Shown: one piece after another, positions 63,650 to 64,000 of the stretch | How positions within the stretch are numbered: the first letter of the stretch is position 1 | How the letters are laid out: each line of letters begins with the position of its first letter | Assembly (NCBI GenBank): GCA_036556125.1 | Contig: DATBJZ010000138.1 | Span: 124 to 64,123 of the forward strand | DNA length: 64,000 bases | Direction: 5' to 3' | DNA from: Gemmatimonadota bacterium | GTDB taxonomy: Bacteria > Gemmatimonadota > Gemmatimonadetes > JACCXV01 | Notes under the pieces: model-generated | What the model was told of the DNA's origin: nothing | Seen by the model: only the letters and a program-made list of their open reading frames with translations | Databases searched by the model: none | Program-made: the position numbers and the translations under genes

Positions 63650-64000
63650 CCGCGTCGGACCGGCGGATCCTCTACGCCGCAGCGTTCCTGCGGTCGCTCG
63701 CGACCGGCGCGATCGGCGTCCTTCTCGGGATCCACCTCTCCCGCGTCGGCCTCGACGCGGCGGCGATCGGCGCCGTCGTCTCCGCCGGCCTCGCCGGCGC
63801 GACCGCCGCGGCCCTGCTGGCGACCGTCGCGGGCGACCGGATCGGCCGGCGCCGGCTCCTCGCCGCCCTGGCGCTGCTGGGCGGGGCCGGAGGGGTCGGG
63901 GTCGCGCTCGCATCCGATCCGCTCGCGCTGGCCGCCGCCGCGTTCGTGGGGATGGCGAACGGAATGGGGCGGGACCGCGGCGCCGCGCTCATCCTGGAGC
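63650..64000 (+). CDS. MFS transporter, N-terminal part; continues beyond the window end
   Basis: RILYAAAFLRSLATGAIGVLLGIHLSRVGLDAAAIGAVVSAGLAGATAAALLATVAGDRIGRRRLL contains MFS motif A (GDRIGRRR). No canonical start found in frame after the ferritin stop. Confidence 0.45.

Overview
This window is a very high-GC (about 70%) bacterial chromosomal segment of roughly 65 genes with no rRNA, CRISPR array or classical transposon. Gene content (many lipoproteins, a DUF5916 protein, a PA0069-type radical SAM protein, a DUF6496 protein) suggests a Gemmatimonadota- or Acidobacteria-like organism. Because every frame is open for long stretches at this GC content, I kept only ORF-track frames whose translations show recognisable protein families and ignored the many long antisense or alternate-frame ORFs. 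Coordinates follow the ORF track. My own base indexing disagreed with the track by 1-3 nt in several places, so all positions are approximate to a few nucleotides.

The most notable items are:
- A radical SAM protein (60456-62561, minus strand) carries a roughly 340-aa LAGLIDADG intein inserted exactly in its CX3CX2C iron-sulfur motif.
- A complete BlaI/MecI-type repressor (from 7617) runs without a stop codon into a hydrophobic helix and a roughly 950-aa CBM9/DUF5916 extracytoplasmic protein. An MBL-fold lipoprotein gene follows with a GTGA start/stop overlap.
- A four-gene minus-strand operon encodes a YVTN beta-propeller lipoprotein, a macro domain, a Pol-beta nucleotidyltransferase and a rhodanese. 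The rhodanese carries an in-frame TGA followed by an 8-bp GC hairpin.
- Three tandem secreted M55 (DppA-type) D-aminopeptidase paralogs sit together at 27531-30648.
- A MerR-VWA-S58 (DmpA-like) peptidase operon is linked by start/stop overlaps.
- An NmrA-family gene has an apparent frameshift near 57735.
- tRNA-Asn(GUU) is followed by a cspA gene whose leader contains an intrinsic-terminator-like hairpin with a U9 tract.
- There are two small Lys/Ser/Arg-rich proteins: a DUF6496 protein with a tandem-repeat tail and an unannotated 28-aa ORF.

Housekeeping and stress genes are also present: RtcB plus archease, a persulfide dioxygenase-rhodanese fusion, class I fructose-bisphosphate aldolase, phosphofructokinase, Hsp20, tandem Usp proteins, a Zn alcohol dehydrogenase, a quinone oxidoreductase, and an OmpR/histidine kinase pair.
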